Positions 37,692 to 47,926 of a stretch of DNA of 64,000 bases are shown here, in pieces. Under the pieces are notes generated by a model. It was not told the DNA's origin. It did no database searches and saw nothing but the letters and a program-made list of their open reading frames with translations. Both the position numbers and the translations under genes were made by a program. Within the stretch, counting starts at the first letter, position 1. Every line of letters begins with the position of its first letter. The DNA is taken from the IMG/VR virus record IMGVR_UViG_3300041411_000178, positions 62,001 to 126,000 of that record; one strand, written 5' to 3'.

Positions 37692-38951
37692 GTGATGCAC
37701 GATATTCTCGATATGTACAAAGGCGCCGAAGAACTGGGTCTGGACGGTGCAGGCGGCGAAGCCGTTGTCGACGCAGTTGAAGACGTCGTAAAGACCGAAA
37801 TCGCCGAAGTGACCGTGGCGATCGAAGAGCAATCGACTGCTGTTGAGCAGCTGGTTGCCAAGGTCGACGACCTGGAAGAAGCCGTGGAAGAAGCGACCGA
37901 AGTCGTTGAAGGCATGGAATCCCTGATCAACTCCGGCAACTTCAACCCACTGGCTTTCGCACAGCTGTACAACCGCGGCGTTAAGCTCGGTAACAAGCTG
38001 GGCGCGAACATCCAGGGCGACCGCATGGGCGCCGAGTCGATCACCGACGCTTCGACCGCTCAGATGTATGCTCGCCAAGGCATGGAAAGCATCATGGACT
38101 CCATCAAGGAGTACGGCAAGAAGGCCGTCGAGTTCATCAAGCACATCTTCAACACCGTCATCAACTTCTTCGTGTCGATCTTCGACAAGGCCACTGGCCT
38201 GGAACGTCGTTGCGACCAGCTGAAGAAGCGCCTGGAAGACAGCACCAAGCTGAAAGAAACCGTCAAGCTGGGCGGCTGGAACGTCTACGTCGACTACGCC
38301 AAAGGCGGCCTGGGCAGCGCGAAAACCGCTGGCTTCGAAGCCACTCAAGGCGCGATCGCCAAACTGACCGAGCTGGGCAAGAACGTTACCGGCATCAGCC
38401 TGGAAGACTTCAAGTCGGCTTACAGCGGCCTGATCTCTGCCATCAAAACCGACGCCAAGGCGGCCGGCAAGTACAACGAGAAGAAAGCTGGTACCCATGA
38501 CGTCCTGATCGGCGTGATGAACGGTATCCGCATTCAGGTCTCGTACATCGACAGCGAAATCAAGACCATGGCAGAAGCTGCCGCGGCCGCTCGTTCGCTG
38601 AAGATGGTTGTGATGAAAGACCCAGAAGCCAAGAAACTGACCTCGGGCGAAGTCAAAGCCAAAGCCGACAAGTCGGCTCTGCTGAAGGCGATCTCCGAAG
38701 TGCGTGGCACCGGTGCGTTCATCCGCAACACCAAAGTGGCCAAAGCTTTCAGCGCTGCTGAGCGTGACCGCGTTGTGGGTTCCCTGAACTCGATCAAAGC
38801 TGGCGACGCCGACAAGTCGGCTGAAGTCAACGGTCAAGTGAACCTGGTCAAAGCTGTTTACAGCTCGACTTCCACCATGGCCACCAACGTGACCAAAGTG
38901 GCAATCAACACCGCCGGCGCCGTGCTGGACTGCGTTGCTGCTCACTTGTAA
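37692..38951 (+). CDS. Major internal head protein (phiKZ gp93/gp162 family-like)
   Basis: 419 aa with very strong codon bias. Acidic propeptide with repeated GxE sites, aromatic amphipathic helix and K/A-rich body. Confidence 0.75.
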   Translation: MMHDILDMYKGAEELGLDGAGGEAVVDAVEDVVKTEIAEVTVAIEEQSTAVEQLVAKVDDLEEAVEEATEVVEGMESLINSGNFNPLAFAQLYNRGVKLGNKLGANIQGDRMGAESITDASTAQMYARQGMESIMDSIKEYGKKAVEFIKHIFNTVINFFVSIFDKATGLERRCDQLKKRLEDSTKLKETVKLGGWNVYVDYAKGGLGSAKTAGFEATQGAIAKLTELGKNVTGISLEDFKSAYSGLISAIKTDAKAAGKYNEKKAGTHDVLIGVMNGIRIQVSYIDSEIKTMAEAAAAARSLKMVVMKDPEAKKLTSGEVKAKADKSALLKAISEVRGTGAFIRNTKVAKAFSAAERDRVVGSLNSIKAGDADKSAEVNGQVNLVKAVYSSTSTMATNVTKVAINTAGAVLDCVAAHL

Positions 38952-38987
38952 GGGTGCTGTAGCAGTTGCCGTAATACCGTAAGGTAG

Positions 38988-39017
38988 CTACTAAGGGCGA
39001 GCAATCGCCCTTAGTAG
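38988..39017 (+). terminator. Hairpin terminator
   Basis: 13-bp stem with GCAA loop, followed by TTATGGCCGC (39020-39029) and T-runs. Confidence 0.8.
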
Positions 39018-39093
39018 TCTTATGGCCGCATTTTGTTTTTTCAAGGGATGCTATAGGTTTTGCTACATATCCTTTTTAACAGGTACTTTAACC

Positions 39094-40152
39094 ATGACGC
39101 AGCCAGTGCTTGCTCGACGTTTTATCAATACACCCACTGTTGAAGCACTCTACAACGCCGAGAATCCTGAGAGCGTTGTGGATGCTCCAGATGACAAGAT
39201 CGACGACCTGTCGGACGAATACGACCAGGTGTCCGGTACGGAGTCGCTGTACTACCAATACATCTTCTCGCACATCCCTCGCAAACAGGATCTTGACAGT
39301 GTCCAAGGGACTGAAGGTTTCATGAGCTGGGTTAAAGACATGGTCGGTTCTTTGATCACGGCTGTGAAGAACTTCTTCAAGTGGGTCTTCAGCTTCTTCA
39401 CTGGCAAGAAAGAAGTAGCGGCTCGCAAGAACAAGAACCTCATCGAGAAACTGGACAAGAATGGGGTTAAGCATCACTTCACCCATTACCCTGCTGGCTA
39501 TGTTAGCGTGTGGGCCAGCAAGGCCAAGATCCCAGCTAACCTGGACTGGATGAAGAAGGCCGGTGAAGACTGGAAGAAAGCCAACGCCAAGACCGTTGAG
39601 TATATCAACGAAATCAAGAAGACCATTCAGACAGCCGAAAGCACTTACCTGAAGAAAGGTCAGTTGAGCAAAGGCAAGGATGAACTGGAGAAGCTCTTCA
39701 AGGCTCACCACGACGCCATTGTCCGTATCTTCGGCAAAGAGCCTGCTCTCTTTATCGGCGGTTGCACTGTGTCGGTTACAGCGCACGGTAAGCTGTCCCT
39801 GAAGCCCGATCCTGATCTGCTCGAAGCAGACAAGAACGCCGGCTTTATCAGCAGCGAAACCACCACCCGTACTTTGGCTGGTGACCTGACTGCAATGAAC
39901 ACCACGTTCCAAGGCACGATCAACAAATCGACTGAACTGGAAAGTGTCTTCATTAAAGGTCTCAACAACAGCCTGTCTTTTGCCAATACGGTTGAAGTCA
40001 ATGATGAAGCTGTGGCCAAGCAACTGACCAACAGTCTGAATGAGATCGTGCGTAACAGTATGGCCGGCGTTAAGGCGCTGGAGACTCTGTTGTTCAAGGT
40101 CTACAACTCTCACACCGCTATTGTTGAAAGCAGCGTAGAAACCAAAGGGTAA
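39094..40152 (+). CDS. Internal head protein
   Basis: Start moved to MTQPVL. Two GTE sites, then FMSWVKDMVGSLITAVKNFFKWVFSFF. Confidence 0.7.
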   Translation: MTQPVLARRFINTPTVEALYNAENPESVVDAPDDKIDDLSDEYDQVSGTESLYYQYIFSHIPRKQDLDSVQGTEGFMSWVKDMVGSLITAVKNFFKWVFSFFTGKKEVAARKNKNLIEKLDKNGVKHHFTHYPAGYVSVWASKAKIPANLDWMKKAGEDWKKANAKTVEYINEIKKTIQTAESTYLKKGQLSKGKDELEKLFKAHHDAIVRIFGKEPALFIGGCTVSVTAHGKLSLKPDPDLLEADKNAGFISSETTTRTLAGDLTAMNTTFQGTINKSTELESVFIKGLNNSLSFANTVEVNDEAVAKQLTNSLNEIVRNSMAGVKALETLLFKVYNSHTAIVESSVETKG

Positions 40153-40158
40153 TCCATT

Positions 40159-40644
40159 ATGCGCTTGAATTGCTTTAACAAAACTTTGTTGGTTGCCACT
40201 GCCATGGAGCAACAGGGTATTGATGGATTGAACCCACGTTTCGGTGTTGGACGTTCTGTCAGTGATGACGCGTTCAGTTACGTTGAGCAAGGCGCTGTAG
40301 GTGCTGGCTTGATTATCGAAAAGGTTGACCTGGGGGAGCTGTTTAAAGGTATCCCTCAGGACATCAGTGGTTTGACCTTTGGCATGCCTGAGCAAGCCGA
40401 CCTGCAAGCCGTAGACGCTCTCGTAGACGGCTGTGTAGAAGAAAGTATCGTGACCTTGTCCGCCATTGATCAAACGGGCGGTGGCGACGACCTCAGCATT
40501 CTGTTCTTTAACTGGATGCGGCTCGTTGGTCTGAGTGACCTGACCCGATTTGAAGTAGAGCTGGGTACGAGTGAGGGGTTCCTCTACGTAACAGCCCGTC
40601 GGGCCACGTACTACCGTGGTACCGTCGTCATCAAGTATTTGTAA
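40159..40644 (+). CDS. Hypothetical protein, possibly virion-associated
   Basis: 161 aa, co-oriented within the structural operon. Confidence 0.6.
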   Translation: MRLNCFNKTLLVATAMEQQGIDGLNPRFGVGRSVSDDAFSYVEQGAVGAGLIIEKVDLGELFKGIPQDISGLTFGMPEQADLQAVDALVDGCVEESIVTLSAIDQTGGGDDLSILFFNWMRLVGLSDLTRFEVELGTSEGFLYVTARRATYYRGTVVIKYL

Positions 40645-40654
40645 GGAGAAGGGA

Positions 40655-42088
40655 ATGAATTTGTATTTCGAGCTGGGGCTTGTCAGTCTGTTGCTGACGG
40701 GTAAAGCAGGAAACCTGGATCCTGAAAAGAATCCGGTGATGGTTGAGCTTCTCCGTTCCATGGGTTTGGACTACGTCGTTGATCACGACGCTGATGCTGA
40801 CAGCTCTCCTGCAAAGGAACGTCTGTTCAGCATCGTCGCTGCTCTGGAAGACCGTCTGGCGTATTACGACGGTAGCGAGCTGGAAGTTAACTGGCCGGTG
40901 AACCAGTACCTGAACGAACTGTTGAAAGACGCTCAGAACGGCACCTTTACTCAAGAGCGCATTGTGGCCATGCAGGTCTGCGCTCTGGGTAACAAGACCA
41001 TGGACAACATGTCGGGGTCTGCTGTTGAAGAGTGGATTGAATTTGCTCACAACAAGCTTCAGTACTTCATCGAAGTGTATGAAGGTCATGAAGCACCTAA
41101 CCTCGTGGGTGCTCAGGTTCATATCCGCGCCATCGAATACGCTGAGAAGGTGTTGAACATCATCGATGTGTTCGTGACCAGTCGTCTGGGCATGTTCATG
41201 GGTGCGGAAGAGTTCTCTCCTGCACAACTCGAAGACCTGCCAGAACCACAGGCGGTTAACTTCGACGAGCCTGAAGACTGCCGTAAGGACGCTGACTGTG
41301 ATTGTGGCTGTGTGGTGGATCACACCATGAACCTGATCCAGGGCATGGAAGACTACCTGAACGGTCAGAATACGCCTGCGGCCAACTACCTCATCGGTGT
41401 GGCCAGTGCTAACAACGTGCGTCTGAGCTCCGTAGAGGGTGCAGAAGGTGCGATCCTTGACGGCATCAAGGATATGGCCATGAAGGCCTGGACGGCGATC
41501 ACAGAGTCTTTCTCTGCTATTAAGGAGTGGTTCACTTCGAACGATGGCGAGGCAGACACCAAAGCGATCAAAGATTCGGCGGAAAACAACAAGAAAGATC
41601 TGGCGGCCTCTAAAGAAGGCAGCGGTGATCAAATCAACCCAGCGGCTAAAGCGGGTTTGGTTAAGTTGGCGGCTGAGGCCGATCCATCGGGTGCGTTCAG
41701 CGCTATCGTGGGTGGTCTCAACTCGAAGTCTGACGCGGCCTCTTGCCTCGACAAGCTGTTGGGTCTCCTGCAAAAGCAACAGGGTCCTGCGGCTGGTTTG
41801 CAAGAGCTCATGAACCTTGCTCAAAAACGCCTGGCCGATCTGAAAGCGGCAGCCAGTGCAACAGCGGGCAAGGATGAGAAAAACAAGGAAGTTGTAGGCA
41901 CTGCCAAGAAGACGGTTCAGGAAAGCATTGCTGCTACGAAAGAATCGATCAAGCAGGTAAAAGAGAAAGTCACTGCCCACAAGAAACTGGTGTCAGGTAT
42001 CCGCAAAGCGGTTAGCGGTATCAATACTCAGATCTTCCCAGCCGCAGAGCCTAAAGAGAAAGCACCTAAAGGCGATAAGAAGGAGTAA
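40655..42088 (+). CDS. Internal head protein
   Basis: Start at MNLYFE after AAGGAG. GAE and GME sites, amphipathic helix, K/A-rich C-terminus. Confidence 0.7.
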   Translation: MNLYFELGLVSLLLTGKAGNLDPEKNPVMVELLRSMGLDYVVDHDADADSSPAKERLFSIVAALEDRLAYYDGSELEVNWPVNQYLNELLKDAQNGTFTQERIVAMQVCALGNKTMDNMSGSAVEEWIEFAHNKLQYFIEVYEGHEAPNLVGAQVHIRAIEYAEKVLNIIDVFVTSRLGMFMGAEEFSPAQLEDLPEPQAVNFDEPEDCRKDADCDCGCVVDHTMNLIQGMEDYLNGQNTPAANYLIGVASANNVRLSSVEGAEGAILDGIKDMAMKAWTAITESFSAIKEWFTSNDGEADTKAIKDSAENNKKDLAASKEGSGDQINPAAKAGLVKLAAEADPSGAFSAIVGGLNSKSDAASCLDKLLGLLQKQQGPAAGLQELMNLAQKRLADLKAAASATAGKDEKNKEVVGTAKKTVQESIAATKESIKQVKEKVTAHKKLVSGIRKAVSGINTQIFPAAEPKEKAPKGDKKE

Positions 42089-42093
42089 CGGCA

Positions 42094-42792
42094 ATGTCCT
42101 TGGAAAACGTACATCCGGAGTTTCTTGCACGCATCAAGAAACAGCTTCCCGAAGGCTACACGGTTCTGAGTGCCGAGCCTGAGTCTGAATCCGTTGCAGC
42201 CTTTACGGTTGAAAAGGACGGCATCCGCCAACAAGCCAAGATGAGCAAGGGCAATCTCCTGCGCGTCATGGTTCACAAGGCTCCTGAAGTCTCTGCCAAT
42301 GAAGGTGACCCTCTGGGCCTGGTTATCCAGGAACTGTCGGATGCGTACAACCTTCACCTGCTGGACAAGGTGGACTACAACGTCGAAGACACCAAGGTTG
42401 CTTTCGGTGGTCGTCCTCAGTATCAGGTCTCTGTACCTATCCTGGCAACCAGCATCAGTCTGAGCGGTGTGTTGATCTTCACCGTCAAGAACAAAGAAGC
42501 CCCGGTACGTTCAACTGAATGTGTCGCGGTGGATCTGGAAGAGCAGCGTGTGCGTATGGCGCTGGCAGGTAAAGTGTTCCAGGCGGCCGATGCGGTTAAT
42601 GATGATCAGTCCCTCTCCCAAGAGTACGCTGAACAGCTGTCGACCTTTGTTAACTCCCTGGGGTTCAAACTGCGTCTTGCAGCAGAAGACTTCCAGGAAG
42701 CAACGATTGTCAGCCAGTTGAATGACGGTATCTCGAACCTGATCATTCTTCAGTTCGCCGATGGCCTGGTTGCACCTGTGCGCTGGAACTAA
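42094..42792 (+). CDS. Hypothetical protein, possibly virion-associated
   Basis: 232 aa, AGGAG upstream. Confidence 0.65.
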   Translation: MSLENVHPEFLARIKKQLPEGYTVLSAEPESESVAAFTVEKDGIRQQAKMSKGNLLRVMVHKAPEVSANEGDPLGLVIQELSDAYNLHLLDKVDYNVEDTKVAFGGRPQYQVSVPILATSISLSGVLIFTVKNKEAPVRSTECVAVDLEEQRVRMALAGKVFQAADAVNDDQSLSQEYAEQLSTFVNSLGFKLRLAAEDFQEATIVSQLNDGISNLIILQFADGLVAPVRWN

Positions 42793-42809
42793 CACCCCTT
42801 ACGGTTAGT

Positions 42810-42832
42810 AGTGGAAGGTAACCCCTTCCACT
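42810..42832 (+). terminator. Hairpin terminator
   Basis: AGTGGAAGG/CCTTCCACT followed by a long T-rich tract. Confidence 0.65.
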
Positions 42833-42854
42833 GCTTATCTTTTTATTTCTTTTA

Positions 42855-44393
42855 TTGAGCATAATCCCCATGATGCTGAAATCGATGGTTATGTCTGAAG
42901 ATGATTATGCATCGTTCTTTCGTCCTGCGGTGCTGGACTCCCTCAGACAAGTTCTAAAGTACTACGGCTTGGACAACGCTTCGCAGATCATTTACAACGG
43001 TGAGAACGACGTTACCAAGTTGATCGGCAGCAACAGCGATGACGGTCTGCGTGGCGATATGTTCACCGACGGCACCTTCCGTAACAAACTGTACATCGTG
43101 GTAGAGAAAGAAGACACCCCATTTAACACCGGTTATTCCAACCAGCGTCGTGAACCGACCGAACGCCCGGTATGGTTAACCGATGACGAAGAGCCTATGG
43201 GTCTGTACCCGGCCTTCTCCGGTGTAAAGGTTAACGTATCCGTCGTGGCCTCGTTTAACAGCCAAAAGCTGGCGGACCACTACGTACGCCGTATTAACCG
43301 TCTGCGTGATAACCAGATGGCAGACATGGCTTTCAGTGCCACAGTTCACCTGGGCGTTAACAACGGCATCCTCGCTTGCATGCAGGACATCCACGCACTG
43401 ATCCTCAAGAACGAACCGACTACGCCTGATTTCGGGACGTGGTTCAACAAGTATTGTCAGGTACCCTTTACCACTATTTCCAACGTGGCAGGCAAGAACA
43501 AACGCCTGGTGGTTCCTCAGCGTCTGGACTACATCGGTATCCAGTGGGAAGGCGCAGAGATCCAACGTGCACGTAAAGGTTCTACCATTGGCAAGTATGA
43601 AGTGGAGATGAAGTACTTCTTCTATTTCAACGAGTTCACCAACTGGGAGTTCTTTTACCCGTTGGACGTTTATCAGGATGAGATCCCGGCTAAGTGGATT
43701 CCTATCCCCAACGAACAGTTCACACGTCCGTTCAACGTACGGGTAGCGCCTGAGGTGGCATGGGGTCTGTCTAACCAGATCACGCGTCAGCAGGAAGCCC
43801 CCTACTTCATGAAGTTGCCTAAACACGATCCTTGGGTCATGGCGCGGGTGCCGTTTGTACAGCCGATCATTCAGGCACGGTTGGCGGTGGAGAATATCGA
43901 GAACCAAGAGCTGGTCAACATCTTCGACATTCCAGGCTTTAAATGGAACGAGCAGGTGAAGGCTTATATGCTCCGTCGTCACAAGGTAGCCTTTACTCAG
44001 TTCTCCACGCCGTTCCTGATCTGGGTGTACAGCAACAACCTGCGCATCCTACCCACTCAGTTGAGTATGGATGAGACAGGCTCTGTAAGGCTCTCCAGGC
44101 TGCCTACGATGAAGAATGTGCATCACATCGTGGTAACGCTCGATTATTCCATCCGCGACTACACAGACGACTTCTGGGCCGATCTGCAAAAGAACCCCCA
44201 GGACCTCAATCTGTTGCCAGCTATTTTCCCGTGGTATCGCTGGGACTTGTTGCCTGAGCCATGGCTCGCACACATTCCGCAGATCCGTAAGGACATCGAT
44301 AAAGGCTTAGGCCTGCCAGGTCATAACCCGACCCGGTACATGATGAACCTTGGGCTTAATGCATATGTATTGATAGAGGACAAACGCAAATGA
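42855..44393 (+). CDS. Virion structural protein, neck/tail-junction class (phiKZ gp98 position)
   Basis: About 510 aa; the true start may be the ATG at 42870. Synteny only. Confidence 0.5.
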   Translation: MSIIPMMLKSMVMSEDDYASFFRPAVLDSLRQVLKYYGLDNASQIIYNGENDVTKLIGSNSDDGLRGDMFTDGTFRNKLYIVVEKEDTPFNTGYSNQRREPTERPVWLTDDEEPMGLYPAFSGVKVNVSVVASFNSQKLADHYVRRINRLRDNQMADMAFSATVHLGVNNGILACMQDIHALILKNEPTTPDFGTWFNKYCQVPFTTISNVAGKNKRLVVPQRLDYIGIQWEGAEIQRARKGSTIGKYEVEMKYFFYFNEFTNWEFFYPLDVYQDEIPAKWIPIPNEQFTRPFNVRVAPEVAWGLSNQITRQQEAPYFMKLPKHDPWVMARVPFVQPIIQARLAVENIENQELVNIFDIPGFKWNEQVKAYMLRRHKVAFTQFSTPFLIWVYSNNLRILPTQLSMDETGSVRLSRLPTMKNVHHIVVTLDYSIRDYTDDFWADLQKNPQDLNLLPAIFPWYRWDLLPEPWLAHIPQIRKDIDKGLGLPGHNPTRYMMNLGLNAYVLIEDKRK

Positions 44394-45679
44394 GCCTGAA
44401 GACAACACCGCTGGGACAGGAGCTTCCGCCAGAACCGGAACGTCCCAAGATTTACAGCAATACGTACAAGCACACCATCGTAGACTCGGCTTATACACCT
44501 GAGACGTCGTTGCTGACGATGGTAGACGGTACTCCGCGACTGATGGAGTACTACCGTCGAGAGTTGGGTGCCGACGAAGAGGTCTCCACCTTCCAGCCGG
44601 ATAACTCGGCGGTGTATCAAAGCTACGCCCGTATCAAGAACCTGATCGGTAAACAGGACGGTGCAGGGGCTTACGCCTTTGACCCCACTACTGGCGAGTC
44701 GTCGGGTACGTTCGAGATGTGGCTGGCGTTCGACTTGGCTCCGTTGCAGTATGACGTGGCCATCATGGACATTGGTGAAGGGCGCGCGGGCTTGTTCCAC
44801 ATTACCCAGCAACCTGAGATCCGTAACGACACCTCGAACAAGGTCTACCTGTGTACCTTTGAGAAACTCGGTATCCTGACCGAGCAGATCTTTGCACAGC
44901 TGGATATCCGTGTGGTTAAGGAGTGGGTCTACTCCAAGGACTCTGCGTTGCATGGTGGTATCTCCATCATCACCGACACAGAGTTCACCACGGCCAAGGA
45001 ACTGTTCAACTGGCGGTTAACGATTGCCAACTTCATCATGAACACGTTCTATTGGAACCCGGAGCGGACCATTTGCTGGGAAGACCAACACAAGCGGAAG
45101 ATCTACGACCAGTACCTGGTTAAGTTCCTCGCAGCGCAAATGCCGTCTGATCTGCGAACCTCCTACCCGCCGATCAATCAGTTCTCCACGCAATACGGTG
45201 GACGGGAATACGGTGGCTTTGGCGACATCAACATTTGGGAAGTTCTGATGCGGGGAGACTTCAACCTGCTCCCTGTAGCCAAGAACTCGGACGTAACGAT
45301 CGTATCCACCAACCGTCTGATCAATAGCCGTCAATACGGTAACCTGCGTTCCAGCAAGTTTGATTGGGTGGTGGTGGTCGATCCAGAACGTTACCAGATC
45401 CAGCGTGCGTATTTCAACATGGATGGTTTCCCGCTGTTAGCCTCCAGCCCGCAATACAAAACGACCTACTTGTTCACCCCTGAGTTCTACGAGGGTCAAC
45501 CCCAGAATGAGTTTGAACATCTGGTGGTCGACGCCCTGAAGAACCAGATGGTAGACCGGGAGAGACTCTTGAACTACTGCAAGGGTTACTTCCAACTGGA
45601 CAAGTGGAAACAACTTTACCACGGCGCTATCCTGCTGCTGTTGATTCAGGTGAGCCGTAAGTTCGGACCCCCTCTATGA
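44390..45679 (+). CDS. Virion structural protein, possible neck protein (phiKZ gp99 position)
   Basis: 429 aa. PLQYDVAIMDIGEGRAGLFHIT resembles head-tail connector barrels. Synteny. Confidence 0.5.
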   Translation: MSLKTTPLGQELPPEPERPKIYSNTYKHTIVDSAYTPETSLLTMVDGTPRLMEYYRRELGADEEVSTFQPDNSAVYQSYARIKNLIGKQDGAGAYAFDPTTGESSGTFEMWLAFDLAPLQYDVAIMDIGEGRAGLFHITQQPEIRNDTSNKVYLCTFEKLGILTEQIFAQLDIRVVKEWVYSKDSALHGGISIITDTEFTTAKELFNWRLTIANFIMNTFYWNPERTICWEDQHKRKIYDQYLVKFLAAQMPSDLRTSYPPINQFSTQYGGREYGGFGDINIWEVLMRGDFNLLPVAKNSDVTIVSTNRLINSRQYGNLRSSKFDWVVVVDPERYQIQRAYFNMDGFPLLASSPQYKTTYLFTPEFYEGQPQNEFEHLVVDALKNQMVDRERLLNYCKGYFQLDKWKQLYHGAILLLLIQVSRKFGPPL

Positions 45680-46416
45680 AAATGCTCTATCCTCGTTATG
45701 GTGCCGTACGGAATCGGTTGATTGAACTGTACGGCATTTTGAATCACAACGTCTTTGGGGTCTGGGTGGCCCCTAAGAGTTTGATGACTCTCGAAGACTT
45801 GCGTGGACGTTATCACAACAACCAGGCTGGGTTCGCCAATGATCACAACTATTACGACGAACCCCAGCTGCGTCAGATGAAGATCCCGCAGGTGTTGCAC
45901 TTCTTGCCCAACATCACCCACCCTGACGAATTGGGTTTCAACAAGGCCAACGAAACTGTACCGCTTATCTACGAATCCATTCAGGAGTACTTGAGCCTGT
46001 GGTGTGAGATGATTCGTACGGTGCCTGAGTTCAAGTCTCCTCCTCGTGAGGAACTGCGGCAGTTGGAGAACCTGGCGTACATGTTGTTCAGGACGTATGA
46101 ACGGATTAAACCGTTTGTAATTAACCAGGCTATTCGAGAAGCCGGTAAGGACGATCGTCGACAGGAAGGTCAAGGTCTGGCTTCTCTGGGTATGCTGTTT
46201 ACCATGACCCCAATGTTGAACAAGGGCGTGGGGCAGGAGATCAGCTTTGTCAGTCACCTGGATGACCTCGAAGGTCATGAGAACTCTGCGTACATGGTGG
46301 ACCATGGTGTGACGTCGCCGGGTAACTTCTTCCCGACGCGTATCTCTTCGGACAGCCTGACCCATGTGGAAGTCCATCAGGAACCCAATGACTGGATCTT
46401 CCGAGGGGATAACTAA
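45676..46416 (+). CDS. Conserved hypothetical protein (gp100 position)
   Basis: 246 aa, ATGA overlap with the upstream stop. Confidence 0.6.
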   Translation: MKMLYPRYGAVRNRLIELYGILNHNVFGVWVAPKSLMTLEDLRGRYHNNQAGFANDHNYYDEPQLRQMKIPQVLHFLPNITHPDELGFNKANETVPLIYESIQEYLSLWCEMIRTVPEFKSPPREELRQLENLAYMLFRTYERIKPFVINQAIREAGKDDRRQEGQGLASLGMLFTMTPMLNKGVGQEISFVSHLDDLEGHENSAYMVDHGVTSPGNFFPTRISSDSLTHVEVHQEPNDWIFRGDN

Positions 46417-46418
46417 TC

Positions 46419-47777
46419 ATGGAGATGCCAAAGCCAATAGCCAACATCATTGCGCACGCGAATGCCATTGATGCCGTGGGCTACGAGCGAGTCTTTACTG
46501 TTGATGCCATGATCGTCACCCCGACTGAGCAAGTCCCCCTGTTGATCCCTAATGGGTTTGCTTGCTTGTCGCTGTTTGGTCCTGCCCATGGTGGTGGTAT
46601 CTCGCACAGCGATAACGCACGCATTAAAGCTCAGATCCAGCCCGGCGTGTACATGCGTCGCATATTGCCCCATAAGGACAACCTCTTTATCGAGGTGACC
46701 GAACGGGTAGGGATCACGCAGATCATGCGCCGGTGGCGTGCTGTGCCTCTGGGAGACGCTGACCCGGAGATGCAGGGTGGTAACTCGGCTCTGGCTGACT
46801 TGACCACCAAAGACGAAACCAACATGATCACGGTGACCTTCCAGTTGTTTGAGACAGGCTATGCCTTGCTCAGGAACGAACTGGTCTCTGACACTGTGTT
46901 GATGACTACGCTGAAGGATCTGTTGCATGGGATTCTTACTGCGTATGGTCAGGGCGTTGCACTGACAGGTGCTGATGCTTTTAAAGGTGTCAACATCGAA
47001 GAGCCAGTGGACAACGCACGGGTATTCAGTCATGTGGCGATTCCTGCTGCTGTACCGCTAGTTAAACTGGCGATGTGGTTGCAGGAGCATGACGAGTTCG
47101 GTTTCTACAACACGGGGTTGGGGTGCTACTACCGGAAGGGAATGTGGTGGATCTATCCACTGTATCGCACAGGGCGCTATGAGCGGGCTCCAAAGGTACT
47201 GAACGTATATCGGGTACCCGAAGACGTGATTCCGTCTCTAAAGCGCTCGTACTACCTGGAAGGGAAGGTATTGACCGTACTGTCAACAGGTGGAGGGGCT
47301 ACGAAGGACGGCTCTGACATCAAGAAGCAGAACGTCGGTACTGGTAAGCGGATTATCACCGCGGATGCTGCCATGGGTGAGACCGGTGTGTACTACAACA
47401 AAGGTCAGGCCATGACAACACGTGCTGACTCCCTGTCGGAGTACCAGACGTCTAAGCGAGCCAGTGGTGAGGAAATGATGGGCTACCATGCAGAGCCTAC
47501 CAACAACCTCTGTAAGCACCTGTCTGAGAATGCTCGGAACGACGGTAACCTGGTACAGGTTGCTTGGCACAACTCTGATGCCTCTCAGATTGAACCGGGG
47601 ATGGCTGTTCGTTACTTCTACATGAGTGGGAGTAATAACCTGGTGTACAAGGAAGGTACAGTGCACTTCATCAAGTCTGAATGGCAGATGGATACACAGA
47701 GCGTAGGACAACCTACTTTCAGGGAGAAGGCTCTTTTAGGTTTGTTCATTTCTGACGAAGAGATTGCTGCGGAATAA
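46419..47777 (+). CDS. Virion structural protein, probable baseplate hub (phiKZ gp101-like, T4 gp27-like)
   Basis: 452 aa, beta-rich, with a C-terminal WHNSD..QIEPGMAV barrel-type segment. Synteny. Confidence 0.55.
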   Translation: MEMPKPIANIIAHANAIDAVGYERVFTVDAMIVTPTEQVPLLIPNGFACLSLFGPAHGGGISHSDNARIKAQIQPGVYMRRILPHKDNLFIEVTERVGITQIMRRWRAVPLGDADPEMQGGNSALADLTTKDETNMITVTFQLFETGYALLRNELVSDTVLMTTLKDLLHGILTAYGQGVALTGADAFKGVNIEEPVDNARVFSHVAIPAAVPLVKLAMWLQEHDEFGFYNTGLGCYYRKGMWWIYPLYRTGRYERAPKVLNVYRVPEDVIPSLKRSYYLEGKVLTVLSTGGGATKDGSDIKKQNVGTGKRIITADAAMGETGVYYNKGQAMTTRADSLSEYQTSKRASGEEMMGYHAEPTNNLCKHLSENARNDGNLVQVAWHNSDASQIEPGMAVRYFYMSGSNNLVYKEGTVHFIKSEWQMDTQSVGQPTFREKALLGLFISDEEIAAE

Positions 47778-47926
47778 ATCTTCAGCCGCTTCCCTATGCC
47801 TATGTTCGAAAGGACTAACTCTTGGGAGACCAGGGGGGAGGGTGAGGGGAGTTGGCTGATATTAACTAGCCCCTTAGCGTAGCTAAGGGTTTCCTTGTTC
47901 TGCTGTACAAAGGGGAATAGGCAATA

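Noticed and set aside
39022-39093. ORF-track start at 39022
   Set aside because: That ATG lies inside the TTATGGCCGC terminator-flank motif and T-runs. ATG 39094 is the more plausible start.
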